Shown here: positions 1 through 13,724 of the stretch, piece after piece | Numbering within the stretch: position 1 is the first letter of the stretch | How the letters are laid out: each line of letters starts with the position of its first letter | Assembly (NCBI RefSeq): GCF_009914755.1 | Contig: NC_060945.1 | Length of the DNA stretch: 64,000 nucleotides | Strand: one strand, 5' to 3' | DNA from: the human T2T-CHM13v2.0 reference genome, Homo sapiens | Made by a program: the position numbers and the translations under genes | Notes under the pieces: model-generated | What the model was told of the DNA's origin: nothing | Seen by the model: only the letters and a program-made list of their open reading frames with translations | The model's database searches: none

Positions 1-287
1 ATATAAAATAACAAAGTACAAAAACTATAAATTATATACTGTACATAAAATATGAAATTACATCAAATATATATTAGGTACATAAAATATGAAAGTACAT
101 CAAATATAGATTATATACTGTACATAAAATATCAATGTACCCCAAATATATATTTTATACTCGACATGAAATATCAAAGTTCACAAACCATATAATATAT
201 ACTGTACATAAAATATCAAAGTACCCAAGGTATATATTCTATACTGTACAAAAAATATCGAAGTACCCAAAGCATGTATTATATACT

Positions 288-665
288 GTACATAAAATAT
301 GAAAGTACATCAAATATATATTTTATTCTGTACATAAAATATCAAAGTACACCAGATATATATTCTATAGTGTACATAAAATATCAAAGTACCCAAACTA
401 TACATTATATACTGTACATAAAATATGAAATTACATCAAATATATATTATATTAGGTACATAAAATATGAAAGTACATCAAATATAGATTATATACTGTA
501 CATAAAATATCAAAGTACCCCAAATATATATTATATACTCTACATGAAATATCAAAGTTCACAAACTATATATTATATACTGTACATAAAATATCAAAGT
601 ACCCAAGGTATATATTCTATAATGTACAAAAAATATCAAAGTACCCAAAGCGTGTATTATATACT
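288..665 (+). repeat. Example full-length 378-bp HOR unit (9 x 42 bp)
   Basis: The GTAC starting monomer 1 is at 288 and recurs at 666 (378 bp). The nine monomers are distinguishable as ESTSNIYFIL, QSTPDIYSIV, QSTQTIHYIL, EITSNIYYIR, ESTSNIDYIL, QSTPNIYYIL, QSSQTIYYIL, QSTQGIYSI and QSTQS in the nominal translation. Confidence 0.95.
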
Positions 666-2925
666 GTACATAAAATATGAAAGTACATCAAATATTTATT
701 TTATTCTGTAGATAATATATCAAAGTACACCAGATATATATTCTATAGTGTACATAAAATATCAAAGTACCCAAACTATACATTATATACTGTACATAAA
801 ATATGAAATTACATCAAATATCTATTATATTAGGTACATAAAATATGAAAGTACATCAAATATAGATTATATACTGTACATTAAATACCAAAGTACCCCA
901 AATATATATTTTATACTGTACATGAAATATCAAAGTTCACAAACTATATATTATATACTGTACATATAATATCAAAGTACCCAAGGTATATATTCTATAC
1001 TGTACAAAACATATCAAAGTACCCAAAGCATGTATTATATACTGTACATAAAATATGAAAGTACATCAAATATATATTTTATTCTGTATATAAAATATCA
1101 AAGTACACCAGATATATATTCTATAGTGTACATAAAATATCAAAGTACCCAAACTATACATTATATACTGTACATAAAATATGAAATTACATCAAATATA
1201 TATTATATTAGGTACATAAAATATGAAAGTACATCAAATATAGATTATATACAGTACATAAAATATCAAAGTACCCCAAATATATATTATATGCTCTACA
1301 TGAAATATCAAAGTTCACAAACCATATATTGTATACTGTACATAAAATATCAAAGTACCCAAGGTATATATTCTATACTGTACAAAAAATATCAAAGTAC
1401 ACAAAGCGTGTATTATATACTGTACATAAAATATGAAAGTACATCAAATATATATTTTATTCTGTACATAATATATCAAAGTACACCAGATATATATTCT
1501 ATAGTGTACATAAAATATCAAAGTACCCAAACAATACATTATATACTGTACATAAAATATGAAATTACATCAAATATATATTATATTAGGTACATAAAAT
1601 ATGAAAGTACATCAAATATAGATTATATACTGTACATTAAATACCAAAGTACCCCAAATATATATTTTATACTGTACATGAAATATCAAAGTTCACAAAC
1701 TATATATTATATACTGTACATAAAATATCAAAGTACCCAAGGTATATATTCTATACTGTACAAAAAATATCAAAGTACCCAAAGCATGTATTATATACTG
1801 TACCTAAAATATGAAAGTACATCAAATATATATTTTATTCTGTACATAAAATATCAAAGTACACCAGATATATAATCTATAGTGTACATAAAATATCAAA
1901 GTACCCAAACTATACATTATATACTGTACATAAAATATGAAATTACATCAAATATATATTATATTAGGTACATAAAATATGAAAGTACATCAAATATAGA
2001 TTATACACTGTACATAAAATATCAAAGTACCGCAAATATATATTATATACTCTACATGAAATATCAAAGTTCACAAACTATATATTATATACTGTACATA
2101 AAATAAAGTCCCCAAGGTATATATTCTATACTGTAGAAAAAATATCAAAGTACCCAAAGCATGTATTATATACTGTATATAAAATATGAAAGTACATCAA
2201 ATATATATTTTATTCTGTACATAATATATCAAACTACACCAGATATATATTCTATAGTGTACATAAAATAACAAAGTACAAAAACTATAAATTATATACT
2301 GTACATAAAATATGAAATTACATCAAATATATATTAGGTACATAAAATATGAAAGTACATCAAATATAGATTATATACTGTACATAAAATTTCAATGTAC
2401 CCCAAATATATATTTTATACTCGACATGAAATATCAAAGTTCACAAACCATATAATATATACTGTACATAAAATATCAAAGTACCCAAGGTATATATTCT
2501 ATAATGTACAAAAAATATCAAAGTACCCAAACCATGTATTATATACTGTATATAAAATATGAAATTACATCAAATATATATTTTATTCTGTACATAAAAT
2601 ATCAAAGTACACCAGATATATATTCTATAGTGTACATAAAATATCAAAGTACCCAAACTATACATTATATACTGTACATAAAATATGAAATTACATCAAA
2701 TATTTATTATATTAGGTACATAAAATATGAAAGTACATCAAATATAGATTATATACTGTACATTAAATACCAAAGTACCCCAAATATATATTTTATACTG
2801 TACATGAAATATCAAAGTTCACAAACTATATATTATATACTGTACATAAAATATCAAAGTACCCAAGGTATATATTCTATACTGTATAAAAAATATCAAA
2901 GTACCCAAAGCATGTATTATATACT

Positions 2926-3298
2926 GTACCTAAAATATGAAAGTACATCAAATATATATTTTATTCTGTACATAAAATATCAAAGTACACCAGATATATA
3001 TTCTATAGTGTACATAAAATAACAAAGTACACAAACTATACATTATATACTGTACATAAAATATGAAATTACATCAAATATATATTAGGTACATAAAATA
3101 TGAAAGTACATCAAATATAGATTATATACTGTACATGAAATATCAATGTACCCCAAATATATATTTTATACTATACATGAAATATCAAAGTTCACAAACC
3201 ATATATTGTATACTGTACATAAAATATCAAAGTACCCAAGGTATATGTTCTATACTGTACAAAAAATATCAAAGTACCCAAAGCATGTATTATATACT
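2926..3298 (+). repeat. Example 373-bp HOR variant (5-bp deletion in monomer 4)
   Basis: Monomer 1 starts at 2926 and recurs at 3299. Monomer 4 ends ATATATATTAGGTAC instead of ATATATATTATATTAGGTAC. Confidence 0.93.
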
Positions 3299-6200
3299 GT
3301 ACATAAAATATGAAAGTACATCAAATATATATTTTATTCCGTACATAAAATATGAAAGTACACCAGATATATATTCTATAGTGTACATAAAATATCAAAG
3401 TACACAAACTATACATTATATACTGTACATAAAATATGAAATTACATCAAATATATATTATATAAGGTACATAAAATATGAAAGAACATCAAATATAGAT
3501 TATATACTCTACATTAAATACCAAAGAAACCCAAATATATATTATATACTCTACATGAAATATCAAAGTTCAAAAACTATATATTATATACTGTACATAA
3601 AATATCAAAGTACCCAAGGTATATATTCTATACTGTACAAAAAATATCAAAGTACCCAAAGCATGAATTATATACTGTATATAAAATATGAAAGTACATC
3701 AAATATATATTTTATTCTGTACATAAAATATCAAAGTACACCAGATATATATTCTATAGTGTACATAAAATAACAAAGTACAAAAACTATAAATTATATA
3801 CTGTACATAAAATATGAAATTACATCAAATATATATTAGGTACATAAAATATGCAAGTACATCAAATATAGATTATATACTGTACATAAAATATCAATGT
3901 ACCCCAAATATATATTTTATACTCGACATGAAATATCAAAGTTCACAAACCATATAATATATACTGTACATAAAATATCAAAGTACACAAGGTATATATT
4001 CTATAGTGTACAAAAAATATCAAAGAACCCAAAGCATGTATTATATACTGTACATAAAATATGAAAGTACATCAAATATATATTTTATTCTGTACATAAA
4101 ATATCAAAGTACACCAGATATATATTCTATAGTGTACATAAAATATCAAAGTACCCAAACTATACATTATATACTGTACATAAAATATGAAATTACATCA
4201 AATATATATTATATTAGGTACATAAAATATGAAAGTACATCAAATATAGATTATATACTGTACATTAAATACCAAAGTACCCCAAATATATATTTTATAC
4301 TGTACATGAAATATCAAAGTTCACAAACTATATATTATATACTGTACATATAATATCAAAGTACCCAAGGTATATATTCTATACTGTACAAAAAATATCA
4401 AAGTACCCAAAGCATGTATTATATACAGTACATAAAATATGAAAGTACATCAAATATTTATTTTATTCTGTACATAAAATATCAAAGTACACCAGATATA
4501 TATTCTATAGTGTACATAAAATAACAAAGTACACAAACTATAAATTATATACTGTACATAAAATATGAAATTACATCAAATATATATTAGGTACATAAAA
4601 TATGAAAGTACATTAAATATAGATTATATACTGTACATAAAATATCAATGTACCCCAAATATATATTTTATACTCTACATGAAATACCAAAGTTCACAAA
4701 CCATATATTATATACTGTACATAAAATATCAAAGTACCCAAGGTATATATTCTATACTGTACAAAAAATATCAAAGTACCCAAAGCATGTATTATATACT
4801 GTACATAAAATATGAAAGTACATCAAATATATATTTTATTCTGTACATAATATATCAAAGTACACCAGATATATATTCTATAGTGTACATAAAATATCAA
4901 AGTACCCAAACTATACATTATATACTGTACATAAAATATGAAATTACATCAAATATATATTATATTAGGTACATAAAATATGAAAGTACATCAAATATAG
5001 ATTATATACTGTACATAAAATATCAAAGTACCCCAAATATATATTATATACTCTACATGAAATATCAAAGTTCACAAACTATATATTATATACTGTACAT
5101 AAAATATCAAAGTACCCAAGGTATATATTCTATAATGTACAAAAAATATCAAAGTACCCAAAGCGTGTATTATATACTGTATATAAAATATGAAATTATA
5201 TCAAATATATATTTTATTCTGTACATACAATATCAAAGTACACCAGATATATATTCTATAGTGTACATAAAATATCAAAGTACCCAAACTATACATTATA
5301 TACTGTACATAAAATATGAAATTACATCAAATATATATTATATTAGGTACATAAAATATGAAAGTACATCAAATATAGATTATATACTGTACATTAAATA
5401 CCAAAGTACCCCAAATATACATTTTATACTGTACATGAAATATCAAAGTTCACAAACTATATATTATATACTGTACATAAAATATCAAAGTACCTAAGGT
5501 ATATATTCTATACTGTACAAAAAATATCAAAGTACCCAAAGCACGTATTATATACTGTACCTAAAGTATGAAAGTACATCAAATATATATTTTATTCTGT
5601 ACATAAAATATCAAAGTACACCAGATATATATTCTATAGTGTACATAAAATATCAAAGTACCCAAACTATACATTATATACTGTACATAAAATATGAAAT
5701 TACATCAAATATATATTATATTAGGTACATAAAATATGAAAGTACATCAAATATAGATTATACACTGTACATAAAATATCAAAGTACCCCAAATATATAT
5801 TATATACTCTACATGAAATATCAAAGTTCACAAACTATATATTATATACTGTACATAAAATAAAGTCCCCAAGGTACATATTCTATACTGTAGAAAAAAT
5901 ATCAAAGTACCCAAAGCATGTATTATATACTGTATATAAAATATGAAAGTACATCAAATATATATTTTATTCTGTACATAATATATCAAAGTACACCAGA
6001 TATATATTCTATAGTGTACATAAAATAACAAAGTACAAAAACTATAAATTAATATACTGTACATAAAATATGAAATTACATCAAATATATATTAGGTACA
6101 TAAAATATGAAAGTACATCAAATATAGATTATATACTGTAAATAAAATTTCAATGTACCCCAAATATACATTTTATACTCTACATGAAATATCAAAGTTC

Positions 6201-9200
6201 ACAAACCATATATTATATACTGTACTTAAAATATCAAAGTTCCCAAGGTATATATTCTATACTATACAAAAAATATCAAAGTACCCAAAGCATGTATTAT
6301 ATACTGTACCTAAAATATGAAAGTACATCAAATATATATTTTATTCTGTACATAAAATATCAAAGTACACCAGATATATATTCTATAGTGTACATAAAAT
6401 ATCAAAGTACCCAAATTATACATTATATACTGTACATAAAATATGAAATTACATCAAATATATTTTATATTACGTACATGAAATATGAAAGTACATCAAA
6501 TATAGATTATATACTGTACATTAAATACCAAAGTACCCTAAGTATATATTTTATACTGTACATGTAATATCAAAGTTCACAAACTATATATTATATACTG
6601 TACATATAATATCAAAGTACCCAAGGTATATATTCTATACTGTACAAAAAATAACAAAGTACCAAAAGCATGTATAATATACTGTACATAAAATATGAAA
6701 GTACATCAAATATATATTTTATTCTGTACATAAAATATCAAAGTACACCAGATATATATTCTATAATGTACATAAAATATCAAAGTACCCAAACTATACA
6801 TTATATACTGTAAATAAAATATGAAATTACATCAAATATATTTTATATTAGGTACATAAAATATGAAAGTACATCAAATAGAGATTATATACTGTACATT
6901 AAATACCAAAGTACCCCAAATATATATTTTATACTGTACATGAAATATCAAAGTTCACAAACTATATATTATATACTGTACATAAATTATCAAAGTACCC
7001 AAGGTATATATTCTATACTGTACAAAAAATATCAAAGTACCCAAAGCATGTATTATATACTGTACATAAAATATGAAAGTACATCAAATATATATTTTGT
7101 TCTGTACATAATATATCAAAGTACACCAGATATATATTCTATAGTGTACATAAAATAACAAAGTACACAAACTATACATTATATACTGTACATAAAATAT
7201 GAAATTACATCAAATATATATTAGGTACATAAAATATGAAAGTACATCAAATATAGATTATATACTGTACATAAAATATCAATGTACCCCAAATATATAT
7301 TTTATACTATACATGAAATATCAAAGTTCACAAACCATATATTGTACACTGTACATAAAATATCAAAGTACCCAAGGTATATGTTCTATACTGTACAAAA
7401 AATATCAAAGTACCCAAAGCATGTATTATATACTGTACATAAAATATGAAAGTACATCAAATATATATTTTATTCCGTACATAAAATATGAAAGTACACC
7501 AGATATATATTCTATAGTGTACATAAAATATCAAAGTACACAAACTATACATTATATACTGTACATAAAATATGAAATTACATCAAATATATATTATATA
7601 AGGTACATAAAATATGAAAGAACATCAAATATAGATTATATACTGTATATTAAATACCAAAGAAACCCAAATATATATTATATACTCTACATGAAATATC
7701 AAAGTTCAAAAACTATATATTATATACTGTACATAAAATATCAAAGTACCCAAGGTATATATTCTATACTGTACAAAAAATATCAAAGTACCCAAAGCAT
7801 GAATTATATACTGTATATAAAATATGAAAGTACATCAAATATATATTTTATTCTATACATAAAGTATCAAAGTACACCAGATATATATTCTATAGTGTAC
7901 ATAAAATAACAAAGTACAAAAACTATAAATTATATACTGTACATAAAATATGAAATTACATCAAATATATATTAGGTACATAAAATATGAAAGTACATCA
8001 AATATAGATTATATACTGTACATAAAATATCAATGTACCCCAAATATATATTTTATACTCGACATGAAATATCAAAGTTCACAAACCATATAATATATAC
8101 TGTACATAAAATATCAAAGTACCCAAGGTATATATTCTATAGTGTACAAAAAATATCAAAGTACCCAAAGCATGTATTATATACTGTACATAAAATATGA
8201 AAGTACATCAAATATATATTTTATTCTTTACATAAAATATCAAAGTACACCAGATATATATTCTATAGTGTACATAAAATATCAAAGTACCCAAACTATA
8301 CATTATATACTGTACATAAAATATGAAATTACATCAAATATATATTATATTAGGTACATAAAATATGAAAGTACATCAAATATAGATTATATACTGTACA
8401 TTAAATACCAAAGTACCCCAAATATATATTTTATACTGTACATGAAATATCAAAGTTCACAAACTATATATTATATACTGTACATATAATATCAAAGTAC
8501 CCAAGGTATATATACTATACTGTACAAAAAATATCAAAGTACCCAAAGCATGTATTATATACAGTACATAAAATATGAAAGTACATCAAATATTTATTTT
8601 ATTCTGTACATAAAATATCAAAGTACACCAGATATATATTCTATAGTGTACATAAAATAACAAAGTACACAAACTATAAATTATATACTGTACATAAAAT
8701 ATGAAATTACATCAAATATATATTAGGTACATAAAATATGAAAGTACATCAAATATAGATTATATACTGTACATAAAATATCAATGTACCCCAAATATAT
8801 ATTTTATACTCGACATGAAATACCAAAGTTCACAAACCATATAATATATACTGTACATTAAATATCAAAGTACGCAAGGTATATATTCTATACTGTACAA
8901 AAAATATCAAAGTACCCAAAGCATGTATTATATACTGTACATAAAATATGAAAGTACATCAAATATATATTTTATTCTGTACATAAAATATCAAAGTACA
9001 CCAGATATATATTCTATAGTGTACATAAAATATCAAAGTACCCAAACTATACATTATATACTGTACATAAAATATGAAATTACATCAAATATATATTATA
9101 TTAGGTACATAAAATATGAAAGTACATCAAATATAGATTATATACTGTACATTAAATACCAAAGTACCCCAAATATATATTTTATACTGTACATGAAATA

Positions 9201-11950
9201 TCAAAGTTCACAAACTATATATTATATACTGTACATAAAATATCAAAGTACCCAAGGTATATATTCTATACTGTACAAAAAATATCAAAGTACCCAAAGC
9301 ATGTATTATATACTGTATATAAAATATGAAATTACATCAAATATATATTTTATTCTGTACATACAATATCAAAGTACACCAGATATATATTCTATAGTGT
9401 ACATAAAATATCAAAGTACCCAAACTATACATTATATACTGTACATAAAATATGAAATTACATCAAATATATATTATATTAGGTACATAAAATATGAAAG
9501 TACATCAAATATAGATTATATACTGTACATTAAATACCAAAGTACCCCAAATATACATTTTATACTGTACATGAAATATCAAAGTTCACAAACTATATAT
9601 TATATACTGTACATAAAATATCAAAGTACCTAAGGTATATATTCTATACTGTACAAAAAATATCAAAGTACCCAAAGCACGTATTATATACTGTACCTAA
9701 AATATGAAAGTACATCAAATATATATTTTATTCAGTATATAAATATCAAAGTACACCAGATATATATTCTATAGTGTACATAAAATATCAAAGTACCCAA
9801 ACTATACATTATATACTGTACATAAAATATGAAATTACATCAAATATATATTATATTAGGTACATAAAATATGAAAGTACATCAAATATAGATTATACAC
9901 TGTACATAAAATATGAAAGTACCCCAAATATATATTATATACTCTACATGAAATATCAAAGTTCACAAACTATATATTATATACTGTACATAAAATAAAG
10001 TCCCCAAGGTATATATTCTATACTGTAGAAAAAATATCAAAGTACCCAAAGCATGTATTATATACTGTATATAAAATATGAAAGTACATCAAATATATAT
10101 TTCATTCTGTACATAATATATCAAAGTACACCAGATATATATTCTATAGTGTACATAAAATAACAAAGTACAAAAACTATAAATTATATACTGTACATAA
10201 AATATGAAATTACATCAAATATATATTAGGTACATAAAATATGAAAGTACATCAAATATAGATTATATACTGTACATAAAATTTCAATGTACCCCAAATA
10301 TATATTTTATACTCTACATGAAATATCAAAGTTCACAAACCATATATTATATACTGTACATAAAATATCAAAGTTCCCAAGGTATATATTCTATACTATA
10401 CAAAAAATATCAAAGTACCCAAAGCATGTATTATATACTGTACCTAAAATATGAAAGTACATCAAATATATATTTTATTCTGTACATAAAATATCAAAGT
10501 ACACCAGATATATATTCTATAGTGTACATAAAATATCAAAGTACCCAAACTATACATTATATACTGTACATAAAATATGAAATTACATCAAATATATTTT
10601 ATATTAGGTACATGAAATATGAAAGTACATCAAATATAGATTATATACTGTACATTAAATACCAAAGTACCCCAAATATATATTTTATACTGTACATGTA
10701 ATATCAAAGTTCACAAACTATATATTATATACTGTACATATAATATCAAAGTACCCAAGGTATATATTCTATACTGTACAAAAAATAACAAAGTACCAAA
10801 AGCATGTATAATATACTGTACATAAAATATGAAAGTACATCAAATATATATTTTATTCTGTACATAAAATATCAAAGTACACCAGATATATATTCTATAA
10901 TGTACATAAAATATCGAAGTACCCAAACTATATATTATATACTGTAAATAAAATATGAAATTACATCAAATATATTTTATATTAGGTACATAAAATATGA
11001 AAGTACATCAAATATAGATTATATACTGTACATTAAATACCAAAGTACCCCAAATATATATTTTATACTGTACATGAAATATCAAAGTTCACAAACTATA
11101 TATTATATACTGTACATAAATTATCAAAGTACCCAATGTATATATTCTATACTGTACAAAAAATATCAAAGTACCCAAAGCATGTATTATATACTGTACA
11201 TAAAATATGAAAGTACATCAAATATATATTTTATTCCGTACATAAAATATGAAAGTACACCAGATATATATTCTATAGTGTACATAAAATATCAAAGTAC
11301 ACAAACTATACATTATATACTGTACATAAAATATGAAATTACATCAAATAAATATTATATAAGGTACATAAAATATGAAAGAACATCAAATATAGATTAT
11401 ATACTGCACATTAAATACCAAAGAAACCCAAATATATATTATATACTCTACATGAAATATCAAAGTTCAAAAACTATATATTATATACTGTACATAAAAT
11501 ATCAAAGTACCCAAGGTATATATTCTATACTGTACAAAAAATATCAAAGTACCCAAAGCATGAATTATATACTGTATATAAAATATGAAAGTACATCAAA
11601 TATATATTTTATTCTATACATAAAGTATCAAAGTACACCAGATATATATTCTATAGTGTACATAAAATAACAAAGTACAAAAACTATAAATTATATACTG
11701 TACATAAAATATGAAATTACATCAAATATATATTAGGTACATAAAATATGAAAGTACATCAAATATAGATTATATACTGTACATAAAATATCAATGTACC
11801 CCAAATATATATTTTATACTCGACATGAAATATCAAAGTTCACAAACCATATAATATATACTGTACATAAAATATCAAAGTACCCAAGGTATATATTCTA
11901 TACTGTACAAAAAATATCAAAGTACCCAAAGCATGTATTATATACTGTAC
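2985..11950 (+). repeat. Moderately diverged tandem super-repeat, period about 4135 bp (11 HOR units); two copies plus a partial third
   Basis: Paired ORFs 3063/7199, 4006/8142, 5639/9774 and 6940/11074. Shared rare variants: ATTCCGTAC (~3335, ~7472, ~11233), GTACATACAA (5221, 9357) and GCACGT (5541, 9677). Confidence 0.85.
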
Positions 11951-13724
11951 ATAAAATATGAAAGTACATCAAATACATATTTTATTCTGTACATAAAATA
12001 TCAAAGTACACCAGATATATATTCTATAGTGTACATAAAATATCAAAGTACCCAAACTATACATTATATACTGTACATAAAATATGAGATTACATCAAAT
12101 ATATATTATATTAGGTACATAAAATATGAAAGTACATCAAATATAGATTATATACTGTACATTAAATACCAAAGTACCCCAAATATATATTATATACTCT
12201 ACATGAAATATCAAAGTTCACATACTATGTATTATATACTGTACATAAAATATCAAAGTACCCAAGGTATATATTCTATACTGTACAAAAAATATCAAAG
12301 TACCCAAAGCATGCATTATATACTGTACATAAAATATGAAAGTACATCAAATATATATTTTATTCTGTATATAAAATATCAAAGTACACCAGATATATAT
12401 TCTATAGTGTACATAAAATATCAAAGTACCCAAACTATACATTATATACTGTACATAAAATATGAAATTACATCAAATATATATTAGGTACATAAAATAT
12501 GAAAGTACATCAAAGATAGATTATATACTGTACATAAAATATCAAAGTACCCCAAATATATATTATATACTCTACATGAAATATCAAAGTTCACAAACTA
12601 TATATTATATACTGTACATAAAATATCAAAGTACCCAAGGTATATATTCTATACTGTGCGAAAAATATCAAAGTACCCAAAGCATGTATTATATACTGTA
12701 TATAAAATATGAAAATACATCAAATATATATTTTATTCTGTACATAAAATATCAAAGTACAGCAGATATATATTCTATAGTGTACATAAAATAACAAAGT
12801 ACACAAACTATAAATTATATACTGTACATAAAATATGAAATTACATCAAATATATATTAGGTACATAAAATATGAAAGTACATCAAATATAGATTATATA
12901 CTGTACATATAATATCAATGTACCCCAAAAATATATTTTATACTCTACATGAAATATCAAAGTTCACAAACCGTACATTATATACTGTACATAAAATATC
13001 AAAGTACCCAAGGTATATATTCTATACTGTACAAAAAATATCAAAGTACCCAAAGCATGTATTATATACTGTACCTAAAATATGAAAGTACATCAAATAT
13101 ATATTTTATTCTGTACATAAAATATCAAAGTACACCAGATATATATTCTATAGTGTACATAAAGTAACAAAGTACACAAACTATACATTATATACTGTAC
13201 ATAAAATATGAAATTACATCAAATATATATTAGGTACATAAAATATGAAAGTACATCAAATATAGATTATATACTGTACATAAAATATCAATGTACCCCA
13301 AATATATATTTTATACTCTACATGAAATATGAAAGTTCACAAACCATATATTATATACTGTACATAAAATATCAAAGTACCCAATGTATATATTCTATAC
13401 TATACAAAAAATATCAAAGTACCCAAAGCATGTATTATATACTGTACATAAAATGTGAAAGTACATCAAATATATATCTTATTCTGTACATAAAATATCA
13501 AAGTACCCAAACTATACATTATATACTGTACATAAAATATGAAATTACATCAAATATATATTAGGTACATAAAATATGAAAGTACATCAAATATAGATTA
13601 TATACTGTACATAAAATATCAAAGTACCCCAAATATATATTATATACTGTACATGAAATATCAAAGTTCACAACTATATATTACATACTGTACATAAAAT
13701 ATCAAAGTACCCAATTTATATATT

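Noticed and set aside
12462-12794. Overlapping ORFs starting MKLHQIY that resemble programmed frameshifting
   Set aside because: They result directly from the 5-bp deletion in 373-bp units shifting the nominal frame.
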